64,000 bases of DNA from Eledone cirrhosa (lineage: Eukaryota). Both the position numbers and the translations under genes were made by a program. Location of the stretch: the NCBI GenBank assembly GCA_964016885.1, contig CAXHJY010000096.1:1116001-1180000 (forward strand), in the 5' to 3' direction. The notes beneath the pieces were generated by a model. The model was given only the letters and a program-made list of their open reading frames with translations, made no database searches and was not told the DNA's origin. Position 1 is the stretch's first letter. The number at the start of each line of letters is the position of its first letter. Shown piece after piece: positions 37,801 through 52,000 of this stretch.

Positions 37801-39700
37801 AAAAAATCAGGGGGAGATAATTTGTAAAAAAAATTAGGCGTAGATAATTTGTGAAAAAAAATCAGGGGGAGATAATTTGTAAAAAAAAATCAGGGGGAGA
37901 TAATTTGTTTAAAAAATCAAGGGGAGATAATTTGCAGCCGTCCAAGGGGAGATAATTTTCAGCCGTCCAAGGAGAGGTAATTTCTAGCCGTTCAAGGGGA
38001 GATAATTTCCAGCCGTCCAAGGGGAGATAATTTCCAGCCGTCCAAGGGGAGATAATTTTTTTTAAAAAATCAGGCGGAGATAATTTGTAAAAAAAAATCA
38101 GGGGGAGATAATTCGTAAAAAAAAATCAGGGGGAGATAATTTGTAAAAAAAAATCAGGGGGAGATAATTTGTAAAAAAAATCAAGGGGAGATAATTTCCA
38201 GCCGTCCAAGGGGAGGTAATATCTAGCCGTCCAAGGGGAGATAATTTCCAGCCGTCCAAGGGGAGATAATTTCCAGCCGTCCAAGGGGAGATAATTTCCA
38301 GCCGTCCAAGGAGACATATTTTCCAGCCGTCCAAGGCGAGGTAATTTCTAGCCGTCCAAGGGGAGATAAATTCCAGCCTCCAAGGGGAGATAATTTCCAG
38401 CCAGCCAAGGGGAGATAATTTGTAAAAAAATCAGGGGGAGATAATTTGTAAAAAATATCAGGGAGATAATTTGTATAAAAAAATCAGGGGGAGATAATTT
38501 GTAAAAAAAATCAGGGGGAGATAATTTGTAAAAAAAAATCAGGGGGAGATAATTTGTAAAAAAAATCAAGGGGAGATAATTTCCAGCCGTCCAAGGGGAG
38601 ATAATTTTCAGCCGTCCAAGGAGAGGTAATTTCTAGCCGTCCGAGGAGAGATAATTTCCAGCCGTCCAAGGGGAGATAATTTCCAGCCGTCCAAGGGGAG
38701 ATAATTTCCAGCCGTCCAAGGAGACATATTTTCCAGCCGTCCAAGGAGAGGTAATTTCTAGCCGTCCAAGGGGAGATAAATTCCAGCCTCCAAGGGGAGA
38801 TAATTTCCAGCCAGCCAAGGGGAGATAATTTGTAAAAAAATCAGGGGGAGATAATTTGCAAAAAAAATCAGGGGGAGATAATTTGTAAAAAAATCAGGGG
38901 GAGATAATTTGTAAAAAATAATCAGGGGGAGATAATTTCCAGCCGTCGAAGGGGAGATAATTTTAAAAAAAATCAGGCGGAGATAATTTGTAAAAAAAAA
39001 TCAGGGGGAGATAATTTGTAAAAAAAAATCAGGGGGAGATAATTTGTAAAATAAATCAAGGGGAGATAATTTCCAGCCGTCCAAGGGGAGATAATTTTCA
39101 GCCGTCCAAGGGGAGATAATTTCCCGCCAGCCAAGGGAAGATAATATTTAAAAAAATCAGGCGGAGATAATTTGTAAAAAAAATCAGGGGGAGATAATTT
39201 GTAAAAAAATCAGGGGGAGATAATTTGTAAAAAAAAATCAGGGGGCGATAATTTGTAAAAAAAATCAGGGGGAGATAATTTGTAAAAAAAAATCAGGGGG
39301 AGATAATTTGTAAAAAAAAATCAGGGGGCGATAATTTGTAAAAAAAATCAGGGGGAGATAATTTTTTTTTCAAAATCATTGGGAGATTTGTAAAAAAAAT
39401 CAGGGGGAGATAATTTGTAAAAAAAATCAAGGGGAGATAATTTCCAGCCGTCCAAGGGGAGGTAATATCTAGCCGTCCAAGGGGAGATAATTTCCAGCCG
39501 TCCAAGGGTAGATAATATCCAGCCGTCCAAGGACATATTTTCCAGCCGTCCAAGGAGAGGTAATTTCTAGCCGTCCAAGGGGAGATAAATTCCAGCCTCC
39601 AAGGTGAGATAATTTCCAGCCAGCCAAGGGGAGATAATTTGTAAAAAAATCAGGGGGAGATAATTTGTAAAAAAAATCAGGGGGAGATAATTTGTAAAAA
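34600..39700 (+). repeat. More diverged paralogue of ~42870-47900 (offset ~8.27 kb); also related to ~25200-28260 and ~6050-9500
   Basis: ORF pairs 34898/43166, 35557/43826 and 37202/45474. The identical 191-aa artefact ORF occurs at 25910, 35557, 43826 and 53254. The marker CAAGTGGAGA occurs at about 6824, 26557, 36204, 44473 and 53901. Confidence 0.78.
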
Positions 39701-42700
39701 AAAATCAGGGGGAGATAATTTGTAAAAAAAATCAGGGGGAGATAATTTGTAAAAAAATCAGGGGGAGATAATTTGTAAAAAAAATCAGGGGGAGATAATT
39801 TGTAAAAAAAATCATGGGGAGATAATTTGTAAAAAAAAATCAGGGGTAGATAATTTGTAAAAAAAAATCAGGGGGAGATAATTTGTAAAAAAAAATCAGG
39901 GGTAGATAATTTGTAAAAAAAAATCAGGGGGAGATAATTTGTAAAAAAAAATCAGGGGGAGATAATTTGTAAAAAAATGAAAGGGGAGATAATATCCAGC
40001 CGTCCAAGGGGAGATAATTTCCAGCCGTCCAAGGGGATATAATTTCCAGCCGTCCAAGGGGAGATAATTTCCATCCTTCCAAGGGGATATAATTTCCAGC
40101 CGTCCAAGGGGAGATAATTTCCCGCCAGCCAAGGGAAGATAATTTTTAAAAAAATCAGGCGGAGATTGTAAAAAAAATCAGGGGGGAGATAATTTGTAAA
40201 AAAATCAGGAGGAGATAATTTGTAAAAAATAATCAGGGGGAGATAATTTGTAAAAAAATTCAAGGGGAGATAATTTCCAGCCGTCCAAGGGGAGATAATT
40301 TCCCGCCAGCCAAGGGAAGATAATATTTAAAAAAATTAGGCGGAGATAATTTGTAAAAAAAATCAGGGGGAGATAATTTGTAAAAAAATCAGGGGGAGAT
40401 AATTTGTAAAAAAAATCAGGGGGAGATAATTTGTAAAAAAAATCATGGGGAGATAATTTGTAAAAAAAAATCAGGGGTAGATAATTTGTAAAAAAAAATC
40501 AGGGGGAGATAATTTGTAAAAAAAAATCAGGGGGAGATAATTTGTAAAAAAAATCAAGGGGAGATAATATCCAGCCGTCCAAGGAGAGATAATTTTTAAA
40601 AAAAATGAGGCGGAGATAATTTGTAAAAAAAAAATCAGGGGGAGTTAATTTGTAAAAAAAAATGAGGGGGAGATAATTTGTAAAAAAAATCAAGGGGAGA
40701 TAATTTCCAGCCGTCCAAGGGGAGATAATTTTCAGCCGTCCAAGGAGAGGTAATTTCTAGCCGTCCAAGGGGAGATAATTTCCAGCCGTCCAAGGGGAGG
40801 TAATTTCCAGCCGTCCAAGGGGAGATAAATTAAAAAAAAAATCAGGCGGAGATAATTTGTAAAAAAAATCAAGGGGAGATAATTTGCAGCCGTCCAATGG
40901 GAGATAATTTTCAGTCGTCCAAGGAGAGGTAATTTCTAGCCGTCCAAGGGGAGATAATTTCCAGCCGTCCAAGGGGAGATAATTTCCAGCCGTCCAAGGG
41001 GAGATAATTTTTTTTTAAAAATCAGGCGGAGATAATTTGTAAAAAAAATCAGGGGGAGATAATTTGTAAACAAAATCAGGGGGAGATAATTTGTAAAAAA
41101 AAATCAGGGGGAGATAATTTGTAAAAAAAATTAGGCGTAGATAATTTGTAAAAAAAAATCAGGGGGAGATAATTTGTAAAAAAAAATCAGGGGGAGATAA
41201 TTTGTTTAAAAAATCAAGGGGAGATAATTTGCAGCCGTCCAAGGGGAGATAATTTTCAGCCGTCCAAGGAGAGGTAATTTCTAGCCGTTCAAGGGGAGAT
41301 AATTTCCAGCCGTCCAAGGGGAGATAATTTCCAGCCGTCCAAGGGGAGATAATTTTTTTTAAAAAATCAGGCGGAGATAATTTGTAAAAAAAAATCAGGG
41401 GGAGATAATTCGTAAAAAAAAATCAGGGGGAGATAATTTGTAAAAAAAAATCAGGGGGAGATAATTTGTAAAAAAAATCAAGGGGAGATAATTTCCAGCC
41501 GTCCAAGGGGAGGTAATATCTAGCCGTCCAAGGGGAGATAATTTCCAGCCGTCCAAGGGGAGATAATTTCCAGCCGTCCAAGGGGAGATAATTTCCAGCC
41601 GTCCAAGGAGACATATTTTCCAGCCGTCCAAGGCGAGGTAATTTCTAGCCGTCCAAGGGGAGATAAATTCCAGCCTCCAAGGGGAGATAATTTCCAGCCA
41701 GCCAAGGGGAGATAATTTGTAAAAAAATCAGGGGGAGATAATTTGTAAAAAATATCAGGGAGATAATTTGTATAAAAAAATCAGGGGGAGATAATTTGTA
41801 AAAAAAATCAGGGGGAGATAATTTGTAAAAAAAAATCAGGGGGAGATAATTTGTAAAAAAAATCAAGGGGAGATAATTTCCAGCCGTCCAAGGGGAGATA
41901 ATTTTCAGCCGTCCAAGGAGAGGTAATTTCTAGCCGTCCGAGGAGAGATAATTTCCAGCCGTCCAAGGGGAGATAATTTCCAGCCGTCCAAGGGGAGATA
42001 ATTTCCAGCCGTCCAAGGAGACATATTTTCCAGCCGTCCAAGGAGAGGTAATTTCTAGCCGTCCAAGGGGAGATAAATTCCAGCCTCCAAGGGGAGATAA
42101 TTTCCAGCCAGCCAAGGGGAGATAATTTGTAAAAAAATCAGGGGGAGATAATTTGCAAAAAAAATCAGGGGGAGATAATTTGTAAAAAAATCAGGGGGAG
42201 ATAATTTGTAAAAAATAATCAGGGGGAGATAATTTCCAGCCGTCGAAGGGGAGATAATTTTAAAAAAAATCAGGCGGAGATAATTTGTAAAAAAAAATCA
42301 GGGGGAGATAATTTGTAAAAAAAAATCAGGGGGAGATAATTTGTAAAATAAATCAAGGGGAGATAATTTCCAGCCGTCCAAGGGGAGATAATTTTCAGCC
42401 GTCCAAGGGGAGATAATTTCCCGCCAGCCAAGGGAAGATAATATTTAAAAAAATCAGGCGGAGATAATTTGTAAAAAAAATCAGGGGGAGATAATTTGTA
42501 AAAAAATCAGGGGGAGATAATTTGTAAAAAAAAATCAGGGGGCGATAATTTGTAAAAAAAATCAGGGGGAGATAATTTGTAAAAAAAAATCAGGGGGAGA
42601 TAATTTGTAAAAAAAAATCAGGGGGCGATAATTTGTAAAAAAAATCAGGGGGAGATAATTTTTTTTTCAAAATCATTGGGAGATTTGTAAAAAAAATCAG

Positions 42701-43050
42701 GGGGAGATAATTTGTAAAAAAAATCAAGGGGAGATAATTTCCAGCCGTCCAAGGGGAGGTAATATCTAGCCGTCCAAGGGGAGATAATTTCCAGCCGTCC
42801 AAGGGTAGATAATATCCAGCCGTCCAAGGACATATTTTCCAGCCGTCCAAGGAGAGGTAATTTCTAGCCGTCCAAGGGGAGATAAATTCCAGCCTCCAAG
42901 GTGAGATAATTTCCAGCCAGCCAAGGGGAGATAATTTGTAAAAAAATCAGGGGGAGATAATTTGTAAAAAAAATCAGGGGGAGATAATTTGTAAAAAAAA
43001 ATCAGGGGGAGATAATTTGTAAAAAAAATCAGGGGGAGATAATTTGTAAA
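36570..43050 (+). repeat. Tandem duplication with a 3,297 bp period
   Basis: ORF pairs 36599/39896, 37202/40499, 38098/41395 and 39293/42590. Markers TTGTATAAAA (~38471/41768) and CCGTCGAAGG (38943/42240). Confidence 0.9.
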
Positions 43051-46000
43051 AAAAAATCAGGGGGAGATAATTTGTAAAAAAAATCAAGGGGAGATAATTT
43101 GTAAAAAAAAATCAGGGGGAGATAATTTGTAAAAAAAATCAGGGGGAGATAATTTGTAAAAAAAATCAGGGGGAGATAATTTGTAAAAAAAAATCAGGGG
43201 TAGATAAATTGTAAAAAAAAATCAGGGGGAGATAATTTGTAAAAAAAATCAGGGGGAGATAATTTGTAAAAAAAATGAAAGGGGAGATAATATCCAGCCG
43301 TCCAAGGGGAGATAATTTCCAGCCGTCCAAGGGGAGATAATTTCCAGCCGTCCAAGGGGAGATAATTTCCATCCTTCCAAGGGGATATAATTTCCAGCCG
43401 TCCAAGGGGAGATAATTTCCCGCCAGCCAAGGGAAGATAATTTTTAAAAAAATCAGGCGGAGATTGTAAAAAAAATCAGGGGGGAGATAATTTGTAAAAA
43501 AATCAGGGGGAGATAATTTGTAAAAAAAAATCAGGGGGAGATAATTTGTAAAAAATAATCAGGGGGAGATAATTTGTAAAAAAAAATCAAGGGGAGATAA
43601 TTTCCAGCCGTCCAAGGGGAGATAATTTCCCGCCAGCCAAGGGAAGATAATATTTAAAAAAATTAGGCGGAGATAATTTGTAAAAAAAATCAGGGGGAGA
43701 TAATTTGTAAAAAAATCAGGGGGAGATAATTTGTAAAAAAAATCAGGGGGAGATAATTTGTAAAAAAAATCATGGGGAGATAATTTGTAAAAAAAAATCA
43801 GGGGTAGATAATTTGTAAAAAAAAATCAGGGGGAGATAATTTGTAAAAAAAAATCAGGGGGAGATAATTTGTAAAAAAAATCAAGGGGAGATAATTTCCA
43901 GCCGTCCAAGGGGAGATAATTTTCAGCTGTCCAAGGAGAGGTAATTTCTAGCCGTCCAAGGGGAGATAATTTCCAGCCGTCCAAGGGGAGGTAATTTCCA
44001 GCCGTCCAAGGGGAGATAATTTTAAAAAAAAAATCAGGCGGAGATAATTTGTAAAAAAAATCAAGGGGAGATAATTTGCAGCCGTCCAAGGGGAGATAAT
44101 TTTCAGTCGTCCAAGGAGAGGTAATTTCTAGCCGTCCAAGGGGAGATAATTGCCAGCCGTCCAAGGGGAGATAATTTCCAGCCGTCCAAGGGGAGATAAT
44201 TTTTTTTAAAAAATCAGGCGGAGATAATTTGTAAAAAAAATCAGGGGGAGATAATTTGTAAACAAAATCAGGGGGAGATAATTTGTAAAAAAAAATCAGG
44301 GGGAGATAATTTGTAAAAAAAATCATGGAGAGATAATTTCCAGCCGTCCAAGGTGAGATAATTTCCAGCCGTCCAAGGAGACATATTTTCCAGCCGTCCA
44401 AGGCGAGGTAATTTCTAGCCGTCCAAGGGGAGATAAATTCCAGCCTCCAAGGGGAGATAATTTCCAGCCAGCCAAGTGGAGATAATTTGTAAAAAAATCA
44501 GGGGGAGATAATTTGTAAAAAATATCAGGGAGATAATTTGTAAAAAAAAATCAGGGGGAGATAATTTGTAAAAAAAATCAGGGGGAGATAATTTGTAAAA
44601 AAAAATCAGGGGGAGATAATTTGTAAAAAAAATCAAGGGGAGATAATTTCCAGCCGTCCAAGGGGAGATAATTTTCAGCCGTCCAAGGGGAGATAATTTC
44701 CCGCCAGCCATGGGAAGATAATATTTAAAAAAATCAGGCGGAGATAATTTGTAAAAAAAATCAGGGGGAGATAATTTGTAAAAAAATCAGGGGGAGATAA
44801 TTTGTAAAAAAAAAATCAGGGGGAGACAATTTGTAAAAAAAATCAGGGGGAGATAATTTGTAAAAAAAAATCAGGGGTAGATAATTTGTAAAAAAAAATC
44901 AGGGGGAGATAATTTGTAAAAAAAAATCAGGGGGAGATAATTTGTAAAAAAATGAAAGGGGAGATAATATCCAGCCGTCCAAGGGGAGATAATTTCCAGC
45001 CGTCCAAGGGGATATAATTTCCAGCCGTCCAAGGGGAGATAATTTCCATCCTTCCAAGGGGATATAATTTCCAGCCGTCCAAGGGGAGATAATTTCCCGC
45101 CAGCCAAGGGAAGGTAATTTTTAAAAAAATCAGGCGTAGATTGTAAAAAAAATCAGGGGGGAGATAATTTGTAAAAAAATCAGAAGGAGATAATTTGTAA
45201 AAAATAATCAGGGGGAGATAATTTGTAAAAAAATTCAAGGGGAGATAATTTCCAGCCGTCCAAGGGGAGATAATTTCCCGCCAGCCAAGGGAAGATAATA
45301 TTTAAAAAAATTAGGCGGAGATAATTTGTAAAAAAAATCAGGGGGAGATAATTTGTAAAAAAATCAGGGGGAGATAATTTGTAAAAAAAATCAGGGGGAG
45401 ATAATTTGTAAAAAAAATCATGGGGAGATAATTTGTAAAAAAAAATCAGGGGTAGATAATTTGTAAAAAAAAATCAGGGGGAGATAATTTGTAAAAAAAA
45501 ATCAGGGGGAGATAATTTGTAAAAAAAATCAAGGGGAGATAATATCCAGCCGTCCAAGGAGAGATAATTTAAAAAAAAAATGAGGCGGAGATAATTTGTA
45601 AAAAAAAAATCAGGGGGAGTTAATTTGTAAAAAAAAATGAGGGGGAGATAATTTGTAAAAAAAATCAAGGGGAGATAATTTCCAGCCGTCCAAGGGGAGA
45701 TAATTTTCAGCCGTCCAAGGAGAGGTAATTTCTAGCCGTCCAAGGGGAGATAATTTCCAGCCGTCCAAGGGGAGGTAATTTCCAGCCGTCCAAGGGGAGA
45801 TAAATTAAAAAAAAAATCAGGCGGAGATAATTTGTAAAAAAAATCAAGGGGAGATAATTTGCAGCCGTCCAATGGGAGATAATTTTCAGTCGTCCAAGGA
45901 GAGGTAATTTCTAGCCGTCCAAGGGGAGATAATTTCCAGCCGTCCAAGTGGAGATAATTTCCAGCCGTCCAAGGGGAGATAATTTTTTTTTAAAAATCAG

Positions 46001-49000
46001 GCGGAGATAATTTGTAAAAAAAATCAGGGGGAGATAATTTGTAAACAAAATCAGGGGAAGATAATTTGTAAAAAAAAATCAGGGGGAGATAATTTGTAAA
46101 AAAAATTAGGCGTAGATAATTTGTAAAAAAAAATCAGGGGGAGATAATTTGTAAAAAAAAATCAGGGGGAGATAATTTGTTTAAAAAATCAAGGGGAGAT
46201 AATTTGCAGCCGTCCAAGGGGAGATAATTTTCAGCCGTCCAAGGAGAGGTAATTTCTAGCCGTTCAAGGGGAGATAATTTCCAGCCGTCCAAGGGGAGAT
46301 AATTTCCAGCCGTCCAAGGGGAGATAATTTTTTTTAAAAAATCAGGCGGAGATAATTTGTAAAAAAAAATCAGGGGGAGATAATTCGTAAAAAAAAATCA
46401 GGGGGAGATAATTTGTAAAAAAAAATCAGGGGGAGATAATTTGTAAAAAAAATCAAGGGGAGATAATTTCCAGCCGTCCAAGGGGAGATAATTTCCAGCC
46501 GTCCAAGGAGACATATTTTCCAGCCGTCCAAGGCGAGGTAATTTCTAGCCGTCCAAGGGGAGATAAATTCCAGCCTCCAAGGGGAGATAATTTCCAGCCA
46601 GCCAAGGGGAGATAATTTGTAAAAAAATCAGGGGGAGATAATTTGTAAAAAATATCAGGGAGATAATTTGTAAAAAAAAATCAGGGGGAGATAATTTGTA
46701 AAAAAAATCAGGGGGAGATAATTTGTAAAAAAAAATCAGGGGGAGATAATTTGTAAAAAAAATCAAGGGGAGATAATTTCCAGCCGTCCAAGGGGAGATA
46801 ATTTTCAGCCGTCCAAGGAGAGGTAATTTCTAGCCGTCCGAGGAGAGATAATTTCCAGCCGTCCAAGGGGAGATAATTTCCAGCCGTCCAAGGGGAGATA
46901 ATTTCCAGCCGTCCAAGGAGACATATTTTCCAGCCGTCCAAGGAGAGGTAATTTCTAGCCGTCCAAGGGGAGATAAATTCCAGCCTCCAAGGGGAGATAA
47001 TTTCCAGCCAGCCAAGGGGAGATAATTTGTAAAAAAATCAGGGGGAGATAATTTGCAAAAAAAATCAGGGGGAGATAATTTGTAAAAAAATCAGGGGGAG
47101 ATAATTTGTGAAAAAATAATCAGGGGGAGATAATTTCCAGCCGTCGAAGGGGAGATAATTTAAAAAAAAATCAGGCGGAGATAATTTGTAAAAAAAAATC
47201 AGGGGGAGATAATTTGTAAAAAAAAATCAGGGGGAGATAATTTGTAAAATAAATCAAGGGGAGATAATTTCCAGCCGTCCAAGGGGAGATAATTTTCAGC
47301 CGTCCAAGGGGAGATAATTTCCCGCCAGCCAAGGGAAGATAATATTTAAAAAAATAAGGCGGAGATAATTTGTAAAAAAAATCAGGGGGAGATAATTTGT
47401 AAAAAAATCAGGGGGAGATAATTTGTAAAAAAAAATCAGGGGGCGATAATTTGTAAAAAAAATCAGGGGGAGATAATTTGTAAAAAAAAATCAGGGGGAG
47501 ATAATTTGTAAAAAAAAATCAGGGGGCGATAATTTGTAAAAAAAATCAGGGGGAGATAATTTTTTTTTCAAAATCATTGGGAGATTTGTAAAAAAAATCA
47601 GGGGGAGATAATTTGTAAAAAAAATCAAGGGGAGATAATTTCCAGCCGTCCAAGGGGAGGTAATATCTAGCCGTCCAAGGGGAGATAATTTCCAGCCGTC
47701 CAAGGGTAGATAATATCCAGCCGTCCAAGGACATATTTTCCAGCCGTCCAAGGAGAGGTAATTTCTAGCCGTCCAAGGGGAGATAAATTCCAGCCTCCAA
47801 GGGGAGATAATTTCCAGCCAGCCAAGGGGAGATAATTTGTAAAAAAATCAGGGGGAGATAATTTGTAAAAAAAATCAGGGGGAGATAATTTGTAAAAAAA
47901 AATCAGGGGGAGATAATTTGTAAAAAAAAATCAGGGGGAGATAATTTGTAAAAAAAATCAGGGGGAGATAATTTGTAAAAAAAATCAAGGGGAGATCATT
48001 TCCAGCCGTCCAAGGGAGATAATTTTCAGCCGTCCAAGGGGAGATAATTTCCCGCCAGCCAAGGGAAGATAATATTTAAAAAAATCAGGCGGAGATAATT
48101 TGTAAAAAAAATCAGGGGGAGATAATTTGTAAAAAAATCAGGGGGAGATAATTTGTAAAAGAAAAATCAGGGGGAGATAATTTGTAAAAAAAATCAGGGG
48201 GAGATAATTTGTAAAAAAAAATCAGGGGTAGATAATTTGTAAAAAAAAATCAGGGGGAGATAATTTGTAAAAAAAATCAGAGGGAGATAATTTGTAAAAA
48301 AAATGAAAGGGGAGATAATATCCAGCCGTCCAAGGGGAGATAATTTCCAGCCGTCCAAGGGGAGATAATTTCCAGCCGTCCAAGGGGAGATAATTTCCAT
48401 CCTTCCAAGGGGATATAATTTCCAGCCGTCCAAGGGGAGATAATTTCCCGCCAGCCAAGGTAAGATAATTTTTAAAAAAATCAGGCGGAGATTGTAAAAA
48501 AAATCAGGGGGGAGATAATTTGTAAAAAAATCAGGGGGAGATAATTTGTAAAAAAAAATCAGGGGGAGATAATTTGTAAAAAATAATCAGGGGGAGATAA
48601 TTTGTAAAAAAAAATCAAGGGGAGATAATTTCCAGCCGTCCAAGGGGAGATAATTTCCCGCCAGCCAAGGGAAGATAATATTTAAAAAAATTAGTCGGAG
48701 ATAATTTGTAAAAAAAATCAGGGGGAGATAATTTGTAAAAAAATCAGGGGGAGATAATTTGTAAAAAAAATCAGGGGGAGATAATTTGTAAAAAAAATCA
48801 TGGGGAGATAATTTGTAAAAAAAAATCAGGGGTAGATAATTTGTAAAAAAAAATCAGGGGGAGATAATTTGTAAAAAAAAATCAGGGGGAGATAATTTGT
48901 AAAAAAAATCAAGGGGAGATAATTTCCAGCCGTCCAAGGGGAGATAATTTTCAGCCGTCCAAGAAGAGGTAATTTCTAGCCGTCCAAGGGGAGATAATTT

Positions 49001-52000
49001 CCAGCCGTCCAAGGGGAGGTAATTTCCAGCCGTCCAAGGGGAGATAATTTTTAAAAAAAAATCAGGCGGAGATAATTTGTAAAAAAAATCAAGGGGAGAT
49101 ACTTTGCAGCCGTCCAAGGGGAGATAATTTTCAGTCGTCCAAGGAGAGGTAATTTCTAGCCGTCCAAGGGGAGATAATTTCCAGCCGTCCAAGGGGAGAT
49201 AATTTCCATCCGTCCAAGGGGAGATAATTTTTTTTTAAAAATCAGGCGGAGATAATTTGTAAAAAAAATCAGGGGGAGATAATTTGTAAACAAAATCAGG
49301 GGGAGATAATTTGTAAAAAAAAATCAGGGGGAGATAATTTGTAAAAAAAATCAAGGAGAGATAATTTCCAGCCGTCCAAGGGAAGATAATTTCCAGCCGT
49401 CCAAGGAGACATATTTTCCAGCCGTCCAAGGCGAGGTAATTTCTAGCCGTCCAAGGGGAGATAAATTCCAGCCTCCAAGGGGAGATAATTTCCAGCCAGC
49501 CAAGGGGAGATAATTTGTAAAAAAATCAGGGGGAGATAATTTGTAAAAAATATCAGGGAGATAATTTGTAAAAAAAAATCAGGGGGAGATAATTTGTAAA
49601 AAAAATCAGGGGGAGATAATTTGTAAAAAAAAATCAGGGGGAGATAATTTGTAAAAAAAATCAAGGGGAGATAATTTCCAGCCGTCCAAGGGGAGATAAT
49701 TTTCAGCCGTCCAAGGAGAGGTAATTTCTAGCCGTCCGAGGAGAGATAATTTCCAGCCGTCCAAGGGGAGATAATTTCCAGCCGTCCAAGGGGAGATAAT
49801 TTCCAGCCGTCCAAGGAGACATATTTTCCAGCCGTCCAAGGAGAGGTAATTTCTAGCCGTCCAAGGGGAGATAAATTCCAGCCTCCAAGGGGAGATAATT
49901 TCCAGCCAGCCAAGGGGAAATAATTTGTAAAAAAATCAGGGGGAGATAATTTGCAAAAAAAATCAGGGGGAGATAATTTGTAAAAAAAATCAGGGGGAGA
50001 TAATTTGTAAAAAATAATCAGGGGGAGATAATTTCCAGCCGTCCAAGGGGAGATAATTTTAAAAAAAATCAGGCGGAGATAATTTGTAAAAAAAAATCAG
50101 GGGGAGATAATTTGTAAAAAAAAATCAGGGGGAGATAATTTGTAAAAAAAATCAAGGGGAGATAATTTCCAGCCGTCCAAGGGGAGATAATTTTCAGCCG
50201 TCCAAGGGGAGATAATTTCCCGCCAGCCAAGGGAAGATAATATTTAAAAAAATCAGGGGGAGATAATTTGTAAAAAAAATCAGGGGGAGATAATTTGTAA
50301 AAAAAAATCAGGGGGAGATAATTTGTAAAAAAAAATCAGGGTGAGATAATTTGCAAAAAAAATCAGGGGGAGATAATTTGTAAAAAAAAATCAGGGGTAG
50401 ATAATTTGTAAAAAAAAATCAGGGGGAGATAATTTGTAAAAAAAAATCAGGGGGAGATAATTTGTAAAAAAAATCAAGGGGAGATAATTTCCAGCCGTCC
50501 AAGGAGAGATAATTTAAAAAAAAATCAGGCGGAGATAATTTGTAAAAAAAAATCAGGGGGAGATAATTTGTAAAAAAAATCAGGGGGAGATAATTTGTAA
50601 AAAAAAATCAGGGGTAGATAATTTGTAAAAAAAAATCAGGGGGAGATAATTTGTAAAAAAAAATCAGGAGGAGATAATTTGTAAAAAAAATCAAGGGGAG
50701 ATAATTTCCAGCCGTCCAAGGAGAGATAATTTAAAAAAAAATCAGGCGGAGATAATTTGTAAAAAAAAATCAGGGGGAGATAATTTGTAAAAAAAAATCA
50801 GGGGGAGATAATTTGTAAAAAAAATCAAGGGGAGATAATTTCCAGCCGTCCAAGGGGAGATAATTTTCAGCCGTCCAAGGGGAGATAATTTCCCGCCAGC
50901 CAAGGGAAGATAATATTCAAAAAAATCAGGCGGAGATAATTTGTAAAAAAAATCAGGGGGAGATAATTTGTAAAAAAATCAGGGGGAGATAATTTGTAAA
51001 AAAAAAAATCAGGGGGAGATAATTTGTAAAAAAAATCAGGGGGAGATAATTTGTAAAAAAAAATCAGGGGTAGATAATTTGTAAAAAAAAATCAGGGGGA
51101 GATAATTTGTAAAAAAAAATCAGGGGGAGATGATTTGTAAAAAAAATGAAAGGGGAGATAATATCCAGCCGTCCAAGGGGAGATAATTTCCAGCCGTCCA
51201 AGGGGAGATAATTTCCAGCCGTCCAAGGGGAGATAATTTCCATCCTTCCAAGGGGATATAATTTCCAGCCGTCCAAGGGGAGATAATTTCCATCCTTCCA
51301 AGGGGATATAATTTCCAGCCGTCCAAGGGGAGATAATTTTCAGCCGTCCAAGGAGAGGTAATTTCTAGCCGTCCAAGGAGAGATAATTTCCAGCCGTCCA
51401 AGGGGAGATAATTTCCAGCCGTCCAAGGGGAGATAATTTCCAGCCGTCCAAGGAGACATATTTTCCAGCCGTCCAAGGAGAGGTAATTCCTAGCCGTCCA
51501 AGGGGAGATAAATTCCAGCCTCCAAGGGGAGATAATTTGTAAAAAAAATCAGGGGGAGATAATTTGTAAAAAAAATCAGGGGGAGATAATTTGTAAAAAA
51601 AATCAGGGGGAGATAATTTGTAAAAAAAAATCAGGGGTAGATAATTTGTAAAAAATAATCAGGGGGAGATAATTTGTAAAAAAGATCAAGGGGAGATAAT
51701 TTCCAGCCGTCCAAGGGGAGATAATTTTCAGCCGTCCAAGGGGAGATAATTTCCCGCCAGCCAAGGGAAGATAATATTTAAAAAAATTAGGCGGAGATAA
51801 TTTGTAAAAAAAATCAGGGGGAGATAATTTGTAAAAAAATCAGGGGGAGATAATTTGTAAAAAAAATCAGGGGGAGATAATTTGTAAAAAAAATCAGGGG
51901 GAGATAATTTGTAAAAAAAAATCAGGGGGAGATAATTTGTAAAAAAAATCAAGGGGAGATAATTTCCAGCCGTCCAAGGGAAGATAATTTCCAGCCCTCC

